Virus record (IMG/VR): IMGVR_UViG_3300014159_000001
Location: 6,199-70,198 of that record
Length of the DNA: 64,000 bases
Source of the DNA: a virus
Taxonomy: Duplodnaviria; Caudoviricetes
Strand: one strand, 5' to 3'
Positions 18,965-28,280 of the stretch are shown here, one piece after another (position 1 is the stretch's first letter; the number at the start of each line of letters is the position of its first letter). A model generated the notes under the pieces. That model saw only the letters and a program-made list of their open reading frames with translations, made no database searches and had not been told where the DNA came from. The position numbers and the translations under genes were made by a program.

Positions 18965-19755
18965 AGCACCTCCATCGCTACCTCTACCGGCCCCCGGCCA
19001 AGAATCACCCCTACATGCTCTCCCGCTCCGGCGGCGAGCGCATCGCCCCGGCGTCGATCCCCGACGTCGTCGACCTCCGGCCCTTCCTCCTCCCGCCCCG
19101 GGATCAGGGGCAAGAGGGGTGCTGCTCCGGCTTCGCGACCGCGGCGCTCCGGGAGGCGCTCCACAACTTGGCGGCCTCATCCGGGTCCGCCGCCCTCGCA
19201 CCCCCAGCGTCACTCGGCCCATACCTGAGCCCCGCGTACCTCTACGCCCGGACGCGAATGGTCGAGGGCACCTTCCCCGAGGACTCCGGCGCGACGATCG
19301 CCGACGAGATGTCGACGCTCGAGAACTACGGCGTCTGCCTCGAGTCCGACCTCCCCTACACGGGCGACGCCTCCGAGACCCCGACGCCCGTGGCCGACGT
19401 CGCCGCCGCGCCCGAGAGGATCTCCTCGCCGGCGTGCCTCAACTCGGGAGGCGCGGTCAACGTCTCCGACATCGAGGAGCAGCTCGCGGTCGGCCTCCCG
19501 GTCGTCTTCGGGATGCCCGTCTATTCCAGCTTCGAGTCGATCGGCCCGGATGGCGTCGTCCCGGTCCCCGACACGTCTAGCGAACAGCTCCTCGGCGGTC
19601 ACGCGATGTTGATCGCGGGGCACCGGCACTCGGCCGCGCGGTTTATCGTCCGCAACTCTTGGTCCACGTCCTTCGGAGACGGCGGGTACATATATCTGCC
19701 TTACTGCCTTGTCTCCTCCTTCTTCGAGGCGTGGACCGCCCCCCTCGAAATCTGA
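18961..19755 (+). CDS. Papain-family (C1) cysteine peptidase
   Basis: 'VDLRP...RDQGQEGCCSGF', 'GGHAMLIAG' and 'IVRNSWSTSFGDGGY' supply the Q/C/H/N catalytic residues. Confidence 0.88.
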   Translation: MKHLHRYLYRPPAKNHPYMLSRSGGERIAPASIPDVVDLRPFLLPPRDQGQEGCCSGFATAALREALHNLAASSGSAALAPPASLGPYLSPAYLYARTRMVEGTFPEDSGATIADEMSTLENYGVCLESDLPYTGDASETPTPVADVAAAPERISSPACLNSGGAVNVSDIEEQLAVGLPVVFGMPVYSSFESIGPDGVVPVPDTSSEQLLGGHAMLIAGHRHSAARFIVRNSWSTSFGDGGYIYLPYCLVSSFFEAWTAPLEI

Positions 19756-19766
19756 AACCCGAAACC

Positions 19767-20318
19767 ATGAAAAAAATAACATCAATGCTAGCGATCGCGG
19801 CGCTCCTCCTCGGGGCGTCCGCTCTCCAGACCGGGTGCGCGACGCCCGGGCAGAACGCAACCGCCCTGACGCAAGCCGCCGGCGAGGCCGGTGGCGCGTA
19901 CCTCCTCGGACTCCATTCGACGAACGGCGTCGTGGACCCGGCCTACCTCGCCGGCTACGAGACCGTCGTCCCGAAGGTCGCCGCCGTGATGCAAGGGGCG
20001 ATAACGCCCGCGGACTTCCAGCTGATCGTCTCCTCTTTTAAGTCGAGCGGCAAGCTCTCGGCCGGGCAGCTCGGCGCGCTCGGCTTCGCGAACTCGATCA
20101 CGGCCTCGTTCGTCCAATACAACGGAGGCAACAACCTGACGCCCGACGGGGCCGCCGTCGCGCTCGCGGCCGGCAACCTCGCGGTCGGAATGGGCGAGGC
20201 GGTCGGCCTCGTCACCGGAGTCAACTGGACGCCCCCGACGTGGGTCCCGCCGACGGCGAACGTCGTGACGACCCCTCCCGTCGCCGTCTCCTCGCTCGTC
20301 GAGGTCCCGAAGAAATAG
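19767..20318 (+). CDS. Lipoprotein
   Basis: MKKITSMLAIAALLLGASALQTG-C lipobox. Confidence 0.65.
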   Translation: MKKITSMLAIAALLLGASALQTGCATPGQNATALTQAAGEAGGAYLLGLHSTNGVVDPAYLAGYETVVPKVAAVMQGAITPADFQLIVSSFKSSGKLSAGQLGALGFANSITASFVQYNGGNNLTPDGAAVALAAGNLAVGMGEAVGLVTGVNWTPPTWVPPTANVVTTPPVAVSSLVEVPKK

Positions 20319-20331
20319 CAAAACCATCGCC

Positions 20332-20661
20332 ATGAAATCAACCCCCTCCGGCGGTCGACGAGGCCGCCGGCGGGACGTCAAAAAACGCCTCGAACAAATC
20401 GAAAAAACCATGTCCGCCATCTCCGACGAACTGGCCGCCGTCAAGGCGAGCCTCGACGCCGCCACCGCGAGCGTCTCGACAATCAACTCCGGCGTCGCCG
20501 CCCTCGACGCGGAGATCACCTCCCTCAAGGCGCAGATCGCGTCCTCCGGCTCCGTCCTCACGGCCGACGATCAGGCCGCGCTCGACGCGATCAAGGCGGA
20601 GGCCGACACGCTCGCGACCGCGACCGCCGCGGCCTCGACCGCCGCCAACGCCCCGGTCTGA
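20332..20661 (+). CDS. Ala-rich coiled-coil protein (start may be ATG 20410)
   Basis: Heptad pattern 'LAAVKASLDAATASVSTINSGVAALDAEITSLKAQI'. Confidence 0.6.
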   Translation: MKSTPSGGRRGRRRDVKKRLEQIEKTMSAISDELAAVKASLDAATASVSTINSGVAALDAEITSLKAQIASSGSVLTADDQAALDAIKAEADTLATATAAASTAANAPV

Positions 20662-20668
20662 TCCCCCG

Positions 20669-20860
20669 ATGAAGGCGGCCTCCGCGCTCGCCCTCGTCCT
20701 CCTCGCCTCCTGCCTCCCGGTCTCAACGCCGGGGGGCCGGGCGGCGCGCGAGATCCGCGCGTGGCAGATCCTCAACCTCCCGACGCCGGCCGAGCGGATC
20801 GAGGCGTGGAACGCGCTCGTCGCCGAGACCCCGGACTCGGAGAAGTACCTCACCCGATGA
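20669..20860 (+). CDS. Small lipoprotein (o-spanin-like candidate)
   Basis: MKAASALALVLLAS-C lipobox, 63 aa. Confidence 0.55.
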   Translation: MKAASALALVLLASCLPVSTPGGRAAREIRAWQILNLPTPAERIEAWNALVAETPDSEKYLTR

Positions 20861-21594
20861 CCCTCTCCGACTTCCTCCCCGAGGCGCGCTGCCTCTCTTC
20901 CGCGTACGATCTCCTCGCCGCGAACTCCCTCGCGCCGGCGGTCCCGGCGGACTTCCCGTGGCCACCCGGCTTCGGCTTTCGCTACTGGCTCAACGCCGTG
21001 GACGACTTCCTCTTCTTCAAAGAGCGCACGTTCATGGGCCTCTTCGGCTCGTCCGCGGACGAGGACCTCGTCCTGATCGTCGGCACGCACACCTTCCTCC
21101 AGTGGGTCAAGGACGCGGAGGGAGATCCCCGGTCGTGGACCACGTCCGACGGCGTCTCCGGCAACGTCGAGCACGGCTTCTCTGACGTCTACGGCGGGAT
21201 CTCGGTCGTCGGGGCGAGCGGCCCGGTGATCACCCTCCGGCAGTTTCTCGAGGCGCAGCAGAAGACGAGCCGGCCGGTGACGATCGTCGGGCACTCGCTC
21301 GGAGCCGCGGTCGGGGGGATCGCGGCGGCCGACGCCTCCTTTCCGCGCTTCGTCCTCTTCGCCATGCCGAAGTGGGGAGACCTCGGCTTGACGAAGGCCC
21401 TCCGGGCGAAGGCCCGGACGAACTCGATCGTCGTGCGCAACTCGCAGGACTACGTCCCGATGCAGCCCCCTCTCCCCATCTACCAGAGCTGGCTCCCGGA
21501 GATCACCTTCAACTCGGACGAACTCGGCGTAGGCGGTTCGGCCGAGGAGCGGCACTCGATGAACGGGTGCTACCTCCGCGCATGTTCCACCTGA
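20857..21594 (+). CDS. Class-3 lipase / alpha-beta hydrolase
   Basis: 'VEHGFSDVY' and the nucleophile elbow 'IVGHSLGAAVG', with 'VRNSQDYVP' and a terminal 'HSMNGCY'. Confidence 0.82.
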   Translation: MTLSDFLPEARCLSSAYDLLAANSLAPAVPADFPWPPGFGFRYWLNAVDDFLFFKERTFMGLFGSSADEDLVLIVGTHTFLQWVKDAEGDPRSWTTSDGVSGNVEHGFSDVYGGISVVGASGPVITLRQFLEAQQKTSRPVTIVGHSLGAAVGGIAAADASFPRFVLFAMPKWGDLGLTKALRAKARTNSIVVRNSQDYVPMQPPLPIYQSWLPEITFNSDELGVGGSAEERHSMNGCYLRACST

Positions 21595-21620
21595 CGCGAG
21601 CGACCTCCCCCTCCATCCCC

Positions 21621-21986
21621 GTGACGACCGAAGCCGAACGCGCCGCCAAGAAGTTCGCAGGGCTCCACCCGTGGCTCTACCTCGTCGGACTCCTCGTCGG
21701 GACGCCGAGCACGGTCGGCGTATATCACGCGATCTTCGTCGCCCCGGAGCAGAGCCGGGAGGAGACGACGGTCAAGAACCAAGCGGACCACGACGCGCGG
21801 ATCGGGACCGTCGAGAAGCGGCAGGAGCTCAACACGGCCAAGATCGAGGTCCTCGCCGCGGACATCGCCTACCTCAAGGCGAGCGCCGACTTCCAGCGCG
21901 AGGCGCTCCAGAAGATCGAGGCGCAGCACGAGGCGATGATGAAGATGATGGTCGAGATCCGCGCCGACGGCGAGGGCAAGCGGTAG
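21621..21986 (+). CDS. Single-TM protein with C-terminal coiled coil (holin/antiholin-like)
   Basis: GTG start, TM 'WLYLVGLLVGTPSTVGVYHAIFV', then heptads. Confidence 0.55.
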   Translation: MTTEAERAAKKFAGLHPWLYLVGLLVGTPSTVGVYHAIFVAPEQSREETTVKNQADHDARIGTVEKRQELNTAKIEVLAADIAYLKASADFQREALQKIEAQHEAMMKMMVEIRADGEGKR

Positions 21987-22037
21987 GGGCGGCGCGGGGT
22001 AGGTCAAGACCCCCTTCCCCCCGGGGCCGCGAGCCGC

Positions 22038-22049
22038 TAGACTCCGGCC
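22038..22049 (+). promoter_or_regulatory. -10 element (TAGACT) of a probable leaderless promoter
   Basis: TAGACT-ccggcc-ATG(22050). No convincing -35. Confidence 0.4.
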
Positions 22050-22220
22050 ATGTCAATCAACCTGCTCTTCTGGATCGTCTACATCGTCTCCGCCCTCCTG
22101 AGCCTCTACTTCGAGTGGCCGGCCGACCGGAACTTCAAGCCGCTAGGCGGCCGCCTCGTCCTCTTCATCCTGATCGGCCTCCTCGGCTGGGGCGTCTTCG
22201 GGGCCGCCCTCCACCGCTAG
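22050..22220 (+). CDS. 56-aa two-TM membrane protein (not in ORF track)
   Basis: MSINLLFWIVYIVSALLSLYFEWPADRNFKPLGGRLVLFILIGLLGWGVFGAALHR*. Confidence 0.7.
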   Translation: MSINLLFWIVYIVSALLSLYFEWPADRNFKPLGGRLVLFILIGLLGWGVFGAALHR

Positions 22221-22278
22221 TTCCCCGCCGCGCCCGGCCCGCATTTGACCGGGGAGGACCGTCCCCGCCACGGTGCGG

Positions 22279-22836
22279 GGTTGTTATCAAGGGGTCCGGG
22301 CCCTCGGGGCGGCCGTCCGGAGATCGGCCCTCTCAGTGGTTTTCCTCCCCGATCGCGGACCCGAGCAGGGGCCGCTGACACCTCACCCGTCGCCGGAGTG
22401 AGGTCTGCCGGGGGCGGCTCGGATGGCGCTCAAAAACACCGCCTCGTCCCGGTAATCACGGCCCCGCGGGGCCCGCTTTTTGCCCGGATTGGTGAGATCC
22501 GGCACCGATGAGGGAAGACGGCTCGGTCGTTCCGAGGGGGACCTTCGAGCTTGTTATCCCGGGCGCTCGAGCCGGGCCTGATCGTAGGGGTTTAACGGGG
22601 AGGCAACGGTCCGGAATATATTCGCAGCCGAGTTTGTAAAGAGCAAACGAAAGGGCCCCGGCCGCGACGATCAGGTGCGCGACCGGGGCCAACCTATCAA
22701 ATCGAAGGGCGCCACCCCATGGCAATCCACTTTCGATGTTAGCAACTTGTCAACAAGTCCCGCCGGCTCAAGCCGAAAACGACGGCGAACAACCGCGGCT
22801 TGATAAAAACTCGGGCTTGCCTAGTTGATAACAACC
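22279..22836. repeat. 12-bp inverted repeat pair bounding a hairpin-rich non-coding segment
   Basis: GGTTGTTATCAA (22279-22290) and TTGATAACAACC (22825-22836) are exact reverse complements. Confidence 0.65.
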
Positions 22837-22886
22837 GGGGACGCTCGGCGCCTGTCAGGCAACTCCTCAACCCATAAACAACGAAC

Positions 22887-23924
22887 ATGAAAGAGAATGA
22901 ACCCCCCGCGTCGGGCGCGGCCGAACCGGCCCCCGGCTACCTCGTCAAGATCGACCAAGTCGCGCTCGAGCATTTCCGGCAGGCGACCGTGGTCGCGAAC
23001 ATCTGCAAGGAGATCGTCCTCAAGACGACGAAGAAGATCGGCTTCAAGAACTACGTGAAGGTCGAGGGCTGGACGTCGATCGCCGTCGCGCACGGCTGCG
23101 TCGCCTCGATCAAGCCGGGCTCCGTCCGGGAGATCCTCCGGGAAGGGCACGTCGTCGGCTTCGAGGCGGTCGCCGATATCCGGAGGCAGTCGGACGGCGT
23201 GGTCCTCTCCGAGGCCGTCGGCTACGTCGGCGACGACGAGATGGTCTGGTTCGGGTCGAAGGGCGTCGCGGTCGAGCGCTGGAACGACTCCAAGAAGAAG
23301 AAGGAGATGGTCGTGATCCCGAAGCGCGCCGACTACGCGATCCGGGCGATGGCGCAGACGCGGGCGATCTCGCGGGTCTGCCGCTCCGCGTTCTCGCACG
23401 TCGTCGTCTTGATGAACGCCGGCCTCTCCACGGTCCCGGCCGAGGAGGTCGAGGGCCCGGAGGACTTCACGGAAGTCGAGGCGCGCGAGGCCGACGCCCC
23501 CGCGGGAGAGCGCCGCGTCGAGCCCGCGGCCGATCCGGGCCCGCCGCCGGAGAGCAACGCCGGGAAGCCGGCGACGAACGCCGGGGCCGAGAAGTCGACC
23601 GCGCCCGCGGCCGAGAAGAAGCCGGCCGCCGAGGCGAAGCGGCCGGTCGAGGTCCCGCGCGACCCGAGCGTCGAGTTCCAGAAGCAGTTCGTCGACGGGG
23701 CGTGGAAGAAGGTCAAGGTGCACTTCGGGACGAACAACGGCAAGAAGCTCGAGGACCTGACGGACAATCAGCTCCGCTGGTACGCCTACGACTGGAGCGG
23801 GGGCGGCCGGGCCGCGACGGAGAAGTTCGCCGCGAAGCCGCCGACCGAGGACGACAAGATCCTCCGCGCCGCGGCGGTCGTCGCGGCCGCCGAGCTCGGG
23901 CTCGAGCCTCGAGCCTCTTCCTAA
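22887..23924 (+). CDS. Single-strand annealing protein (RecT/ERF-like) with a small C-terminal domain
   Basis: 'YAIRAMAQTRAISRVCR...TVPAEEV' is an SSAP-type motif, followed by an Ala/Pro linker and 'VHFGTNNGKKLEDL...LRWY'. Confidence 0.62.
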   Translation: MKENEPPASGAAEPAPGYLVKIDQVALEHFRQATVVANICKEIVLKTTKKIGFKNYVKVEGWTSIAVAHGCVASIKPGSVREILREGHVVGFEAVADIRRQSDGVVLSEAVGYVGDDEMVWFGSKGVAVERWNDSKKKKEMVVIPKRADYAIRAMAQTRAISRVCRSAFSHVVVLMNAGLSTVPAEEVEGPEDFTEVEAREADAPAGERRVEPAADPGPPPESNAGKPATNAGAEKSTAPAAEKKPAAEAKRPVEVPRDPSVEFQKQFVDGAWKKVKVHFGTNNGKKLEDLTDNQLRWYAYDWSGGGRAATEKFAAKPPTEDDKILRAAAVVAAAELGLEPRASS

Positions 23925-23958
23925 ACCCGCCGCGCAACCCATCAACCCGACCAAACTC

Positions 23959-25944
23959 ATGAACCACCTGCGACTCATTTCAATCGGGGCCCGGAACTTG
24001 AAGGGCCTCTCGTTCGATCTCGACCTCAAGCCGGCGACCTTCCTCGTCGGCCCGAACTACGTCGGCAAGACGGCCCGCGCCGACGCGATCCGGCTCCTCC
24101 TCGTCGGGCACCTCCCGGAGCTCGGCAAGACGAACGCCGCGACCTTCGGCCTCTCTTCGGGGAAGGAGCTCGAGGTCCACGGCGTCTTCGAGGACGCGGA
24201 GGGCCAAGGCTACCCGGTCTCCCGGCGCTGGTTCCTCAAGGGCGACTCCGTCAAGGCCGAGGAGGACTTCCCTCCGAACTTCGCGGCCGAGGGGCTGGTC
24301 GAGGTGATGCTCAACGCCGAGAGCTGGTTCGGCAAGACCGAGCGCGAGCGCGTGGAGTGGGTGTATGCGAACGCCGCGGTCTCGACCGAGATCCCGCGCG
24401 AGCAGATCGTGACGGACCTCCTCGAGAAGGTCCTCAAGGACGACCCGAGCTATGACCCGACCGTCCGCGACGAGCTCTTCAAGAGTTTCCTCGCGATCGT
24501 CGCCGCGGACGAGGAGGAGCACGGGCCGTTCACGACGGCGGACTTCGTCAACTCCGCGCTCGAGGCGTTTGAGCGCACCGCGAAGCAGGAGCGCGACCAC
24601 GCGGTCCGGATGGACAAGACGGTCTCCGGGCTCGCCGGCCTCCGGGCCGCGGACGCGCCGGTCGCCGACGCCCGCGAGATCGAGGCGCGGATACGCAAGC
24701 TCGACGACGAGCTCGCCAAGCTCCGCGACGACCGGGGCCGGGCCTCGGCCGCGGCGGACGCGCAGCGCGCGAACGCGCGCCGGGTGCGCGCGCTCAAGGA
24801 CGCGCTCGCCGGGAAGGAAACTCTCGGGGCCCGGAAGGGTGACGCCATCCTCCGGATCGGCAACCTCAAGGACCAGCTCGCGGCGCTCCCGGCGATCGCG
24901 CAGGGCGACATCGACGAGCTGCGCAAGGAGCTCCTCGACGAGAGCCTAACCGAGAGGAGCCTCGCGCGTGATTTGACCGAGCTGTCTCGGGAATGGACCC
25001 GCGTCGAGGGCGAGAAGCTCGAGATCTCCGGCAAAACGTCTTGCCCATATTGCGGGGCCGCGGGCGAGGGCTGGAAGGCCCTCAAGCTCGCCGAGATCGA
25101 GGCCGCGATCGCGGGCCTCTCCGCCAAGCGCGAGGACCTGTTCTACCGTCATGAGAACTCCGCTACGGCCGTCGCGACCTACAACGACCGGCTCGTCGCC
25201 AAGGTCCGCGCCTTCACCGAGAGGACGGAGCTCCGGGAACGGATGCGGATCGCCGAGGACAACCTCTCGAAGATCGAGCTCGAGCTCGCCGCCCTCTCCG
25301 GGAAGTCCGAGGAGCTCGCCGCGATCCCCGCCGACGACCCCGCCGTCGAGCAGCGGCCGAACGAGTTCCTCTGGGAGATCAACACCAAGCAGGCGGAGCT
25401 CGACAAACTCGATGGTGAGCGCCGGGCGATCCTTGGCCGCTCGAACGACCTCAAGCGGCTCGCCGAGGCCGAGAAGGGCCGGGACGACGCCCGGGCGTGC
25501 GAGCGGATCGCGAAGGCGGCCGCCGCGGCGCTCCGGGACGTCAAGGCGCGGATGGTCGGCGACGCCTTCGGGCCGATCCTCGAGCTCGCGAACCGCTTCT
25601 GCGGCCCGCTCCTCCCGACGCTGCTCGAGTTCGACGTCGCCCGCGCCGAGATCGGCACGCGCCGCGGCGGCCTCTGGGTCGGACACAAGACCTTTTCGGG
25701 CGTCGAGAGGCTCCTCGCCTACGCGGGGATTCAGGCGGCGTTCGCGTCGCGGGCCCCGCTCCGCGTGATGATCCTCGACGAGATGCTCCGGGCCGACGCC
25801 GACGTCTTTCCGAAGCTCGTCCGGGCGTGCAAGGACGCCGTCCGCAACGGCCTCGTCGACAACTTCGTCGGGATAATACCCGCCGCGGCGATGACCTTCA
25901 TGGAGTTCGCGGACGAGGCTTGCCAACTCGTGGAGATCTCCTAG
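23959..25944 (+). CDS. Rad50/SbcC-like SMC ATPase
   Basis: Walker A GPNYVGKT, coiled coils, central CPYC zinc hook, signature FSGVE, Walker B MILDE. Confidence 0.85.
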   Translation: MNHLRLISIGARNLKGLSFDLDLKPATFLVGPNYVGKTARADAIRLLLVGHLPELGKTNAATFGLSSGKELEVHGVFEDAEGQGYPVSRRWFLKGDSVKAEEDFPPNFAAEGLVEVMLNAESWFGKTERERVEWVYANAAVSTEIPREQIVTDLLEKVLKDDPSYDPTVRDELFKSFLAIVAADEEEHGPFTTADFVNSALEAFERTAKQERDHAVRMDKTVSGLAGLRAADAPVADAREIEARIRKLDDELAKLRDDRGRASAAADAQRANARRVRALKDALAGKETLGARKGDAILRIGNLKDQLAALPAIAQGDIDELRKELLDESLTERSLARDLTELSREWTRVEGEKLEISGKTSCPYCGAAGEGWKALKLAEIEAAIAGLSAKREDLFYRHENSATAVATYNDRLVAKVRAFTERTELRERMRIAEDNLSKIELELAALSGKSEELAAIPADDPAVEQRPNEFLWEINTKQAELDKLDGERRAILGRSNDLKRLAEAEKGRDDARACERIAKAAAAALRDVKARMVGDAFGPILELANRFCGPLLPTLLEFDVARAEIGTRRGGLWVGHKTFSGVERLLAYAGIQAAFASRAPLRVMILDEMLRADADVFPKLVRACKDAVRNGLVDNFVGIIPAAAMTFMEFADEACQLVEIS

Positions 25945-25972
25945 CGTCGAGGCCCCTCAACTCATCAACGCC

Positions 25973-27754
25973 ATGAACTTCACGACCCCTCAAGCCGAGG
26001 CGATCGGGACGACCTCGCTCAACGCCCTCGTGGTCGCCGGGCCCGGCTCCGGCAAGACCTCGACCCTAACGGCCCGGATCGAGGCGATCCTCGAGGCCGG
26101 CTTCGATCCGAAGGCGATCGCGGTCCTCTCCTTCACAAACGCCGCGGCGAACGAGCTCGCGCGGAGGTTGACCAAAGAGGTGCCGAAAGGGACCGTCCTC
26201 GCTCACCCCGTCGGGCCCGAGGTCAACGGGATAAGCCGCGAGGGCGTCCAGCTCGGCTTCCTCGGGACGCTCCACTCGTTCGCGCTCCACTGCCTCAAGC
26301 GGCACGGCGAGCCGTTCGGGTACGGGCGGCGGACGGCGATCATCTCGCCGGAGTCGGCCGAGGATCTGATGGCCTCGAAGGCGACCTCGCTCGGCTGCAA
26401 CGTCCCGCTCAAGAAGCTCCTCGAGGCGAAGGCGCGCGACGGCCGGCCCCCGCGAGGGAAGCGGCTCTCGCTCGTCGAGACGGTGATCGCGACCTACCTC
26501 GACGAGCTCCGCGAGGCGCGCGTCGTCGACTACGACGTCCTCCTTCAGGAGTTCCGCGAGATGTTGACGTCGACGGACCCGAACGCGCTCTCGGCGCAGC
26601 AGGAGATCGAGCGCGCCTTCTCGCACCTCTTCGTCGACGAGGTGCAGGACTCGGCCGCGATCGACTGGGACATCTACCGCGCGCTCCCGATCGGGACGAA
26701 GTTCTACGTCGGCGACCCGGACCAGAACCTCTACGAGTTCCGCGGGGCCCGCGTCCGCGAGATGGTCCGCGAGGCCGGCGACTCGAGGACGGCCGTCTTC
26801 AAACTCGAGGAGAACTTCCGGTCGGACGTCGCGATCTGCGCCGCGGCGCAGCGCCTCGTTGCCAACAACCGGACCCGCGTCGACAAGGAGACGCGGCCGG
26901 TCTCCGAGGACCCCGGCTCGGTCGTACTCCTCGGCGAGTTCGAAAACGAGGGGGAGGAGATCGCCGTCGTCTCGCGTGAGATCAAGGCGCTCGGCTACGA
27001 GCCGGCGCGGCTCAAGGAGATCGCCGTCCTCGCCCGGACGAACGCGATCGCCGAGGGCTTCCGGAGGACGCTCCCGAACGCTGAGATTCCGGTCGTCGGC
27101 CTCAAGCATCACGAGCTCCCGAGGGACTGGGCGCTCGCGCGGTCCTACGTCGAGCTCCTGCTCGACCCGGACAACGACGCGCTCGCGTACTTCTACCTCG
27201 TCTCGAAGTTGACCCTCTCCGGCCGGGGCCCGGCCGCGGCGCGCCGCGAGGCTCAACGGATGCGCGTCGAGGCGAACGCCGCCGACCTCTCGATCAACGC
27301 ACGCTTCCTCAACCGGATGGAGCCCGTCGCGCTCCCGTCGACCGCCCTGACCGCCCTCTCCCGCGCCGGGACCTCCCGGGAAGCGCAGATGATCGCGGTC
27401 GAGAAGTGGCGCGAGCTACCCCCCGGGGCCGGGATGGACGACTTCGCCCTCGCGCTCGCCTCCGTCTACGATTACTCCAAGGAGGAGGAGGGCGATGGGG
27501 TCCACGTCTTGACGATGCACGGGGCGAAGGGCCGCGAATGGGACGCCGTCTTCCTCGTCGGGATGGAGGACGAGACGATCCCGGGCCGGGCCGACGACGC
27601 GGACGCGATCGAGGCCGAGCGCCGGGTCGCCTACGTCGCCCTAACCCGGGCCCGGCACGCCGCCTTCCTCTCCTCCGTCAAGTCCCGCGTGACCCCGTGG
27701 AAGCAGGTCGTCGCGCGCCGGCCGAGCCGTTTCCTCAAGGAGATCCTGCCGTGA
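25973..27754 (+). CDS. UvrD/Rep-family SF1 helicase
   Basis: 'AGPGSGKT', 'FVDEVQD', 'VGDPDQNLYEFRGA', 'LEENFRS', 'TMHGAKGREW', 'EAERRVAYVALTRA'. Confidence 0.93.
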   Translation: MNFTTPQAEAIGTTSLNALVVAGPGSGKTSTLTARIEAILEAGFDPKAIAVLSFTNAAANELARRLTKEVPKGTVLAHPVGPEVNGISREGVQLGFLGTLHSFALHCLKRHGEPFGYGRRTAIISPESAEDLMASKATSLGCNVPLKKLLEAKARDGRPPRGKRLSLVETVIATYLDELREARVVDYDVLLQEFREMLTSTDPNALSAQQEIERAFSHLFVDEVQDSAAIDWDIYRALPIGTKFYVGDPDQNLYEFRGARVREMVREAGDSRTAVFKLEENFRSDVAICAAAQRLVANNRTRVDKETRPVSEDPGSVVLLGEFENEGEEIAVVSREIKALGYEPARLKEIAVLARTNAIAEGFRRTLPNAEIPVVGLKHHELPRDWALARSYVELLLDPDNDALAYFYLVSKLTLSGRGPAAARREAQRMRVEANAADLSINARFLNRMEPVALPSTALTALSRAGTSREAQMIAVEKWRELPPGAGMDDFALALASVYDYSKEEEGDGVHVLTMHGAKGREWDAVFLVGMEDETIPGRADDADAIEAERRVAYVALTRARHAAFLSSVKSRVTPWKQVVARRPSRFLKEILP

Positions 27755-28278
27755 ATACTATGGGAAGAAGTACGTGGCTAGGACCAAGAACGAAAGATGA
27801 GATGCGGCGGCATCTACACGATTCCGCGATCCTTACTGACGACGGTTGTCTCTTATGGCCGAAAGGAGGCGGGCGACAAGGTTACGCGTCAATACTCTGG
27901 GGATATAAAGCCGACGGCCGCCGTCTAAGGGTTAGAATCCATCGGCTTTCATACGATCTGTTCGTCGGACCGATTCCGGCGGGAATGATGATTCTACATT
28001 CCTGTGATCGGACGAACTGCTACAACCCTGCGCACCTTTTCCCCGGGACTCAGACCGACAATATGATTGACGCCGGCGCGAAGGGTTTGCTTTCACGCCC
28101 ACAACCCAAAGGAGAGGACAACCGCCGCGCCAAACTTACCGCCGACCAGATTCGTCAGATTCGAGCGCGATATGCGGCCGGCCGGATCTCTACCTATCAA
28201 CTGGCCCGGGAATATAGCGTAGGGCAAATGACGATTTGCCGCGCTGTCAATCACAAGAGTTTTCAAAACGTCGCTTGA
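27751..28278 (+). CDS. HNH homing endonuclease with C-terminal HTH
   Basis: 'GCLLW', 'HRLSY..FVGPIP', 'HSCDRTNCYNPAHL..GTQTDN'. AT-richer codons. Confidence 0.88.
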   Translation: MNTMGRSTWLGPRTKDEMRRHLHDSAILTDDGCLLWPKGGGRQGYASILWGYKADGRRLRVRIHRLSYDLFVGPIPAGMMILHSCDRTNCYNPAHLFPGTQTDNMIDAGAKGLLSRPQPKGEDNRRAKLTADQIRQIRARYAAGRISTYQLAREYSVGQMTICRAVNHKSFQNVA

Positions 28279-28280
28279 TT

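Noticed and set aside
22272-22290. dif/XerCD site (GGTGCG... resembling the XerC arm)
   Set aside because: Only the first 6 bp match, and there is no spacer or XerD arm.
22456-22725. Minus-strand 89-aa ORF in the non-coding gap
   Set aside because: It has atypical codon usage, no motif or RBS, and overlaps the hairpin-rich region, so it is likely spurious.
23959-27754. Gabija-like defence system (ATPase plus UvrD)
   Set aside because: The ATPase has SMC coiled coils and a CxxC zinc hook with no TOPRIM domain. It sits in a phage recombination operon with an SSAP.
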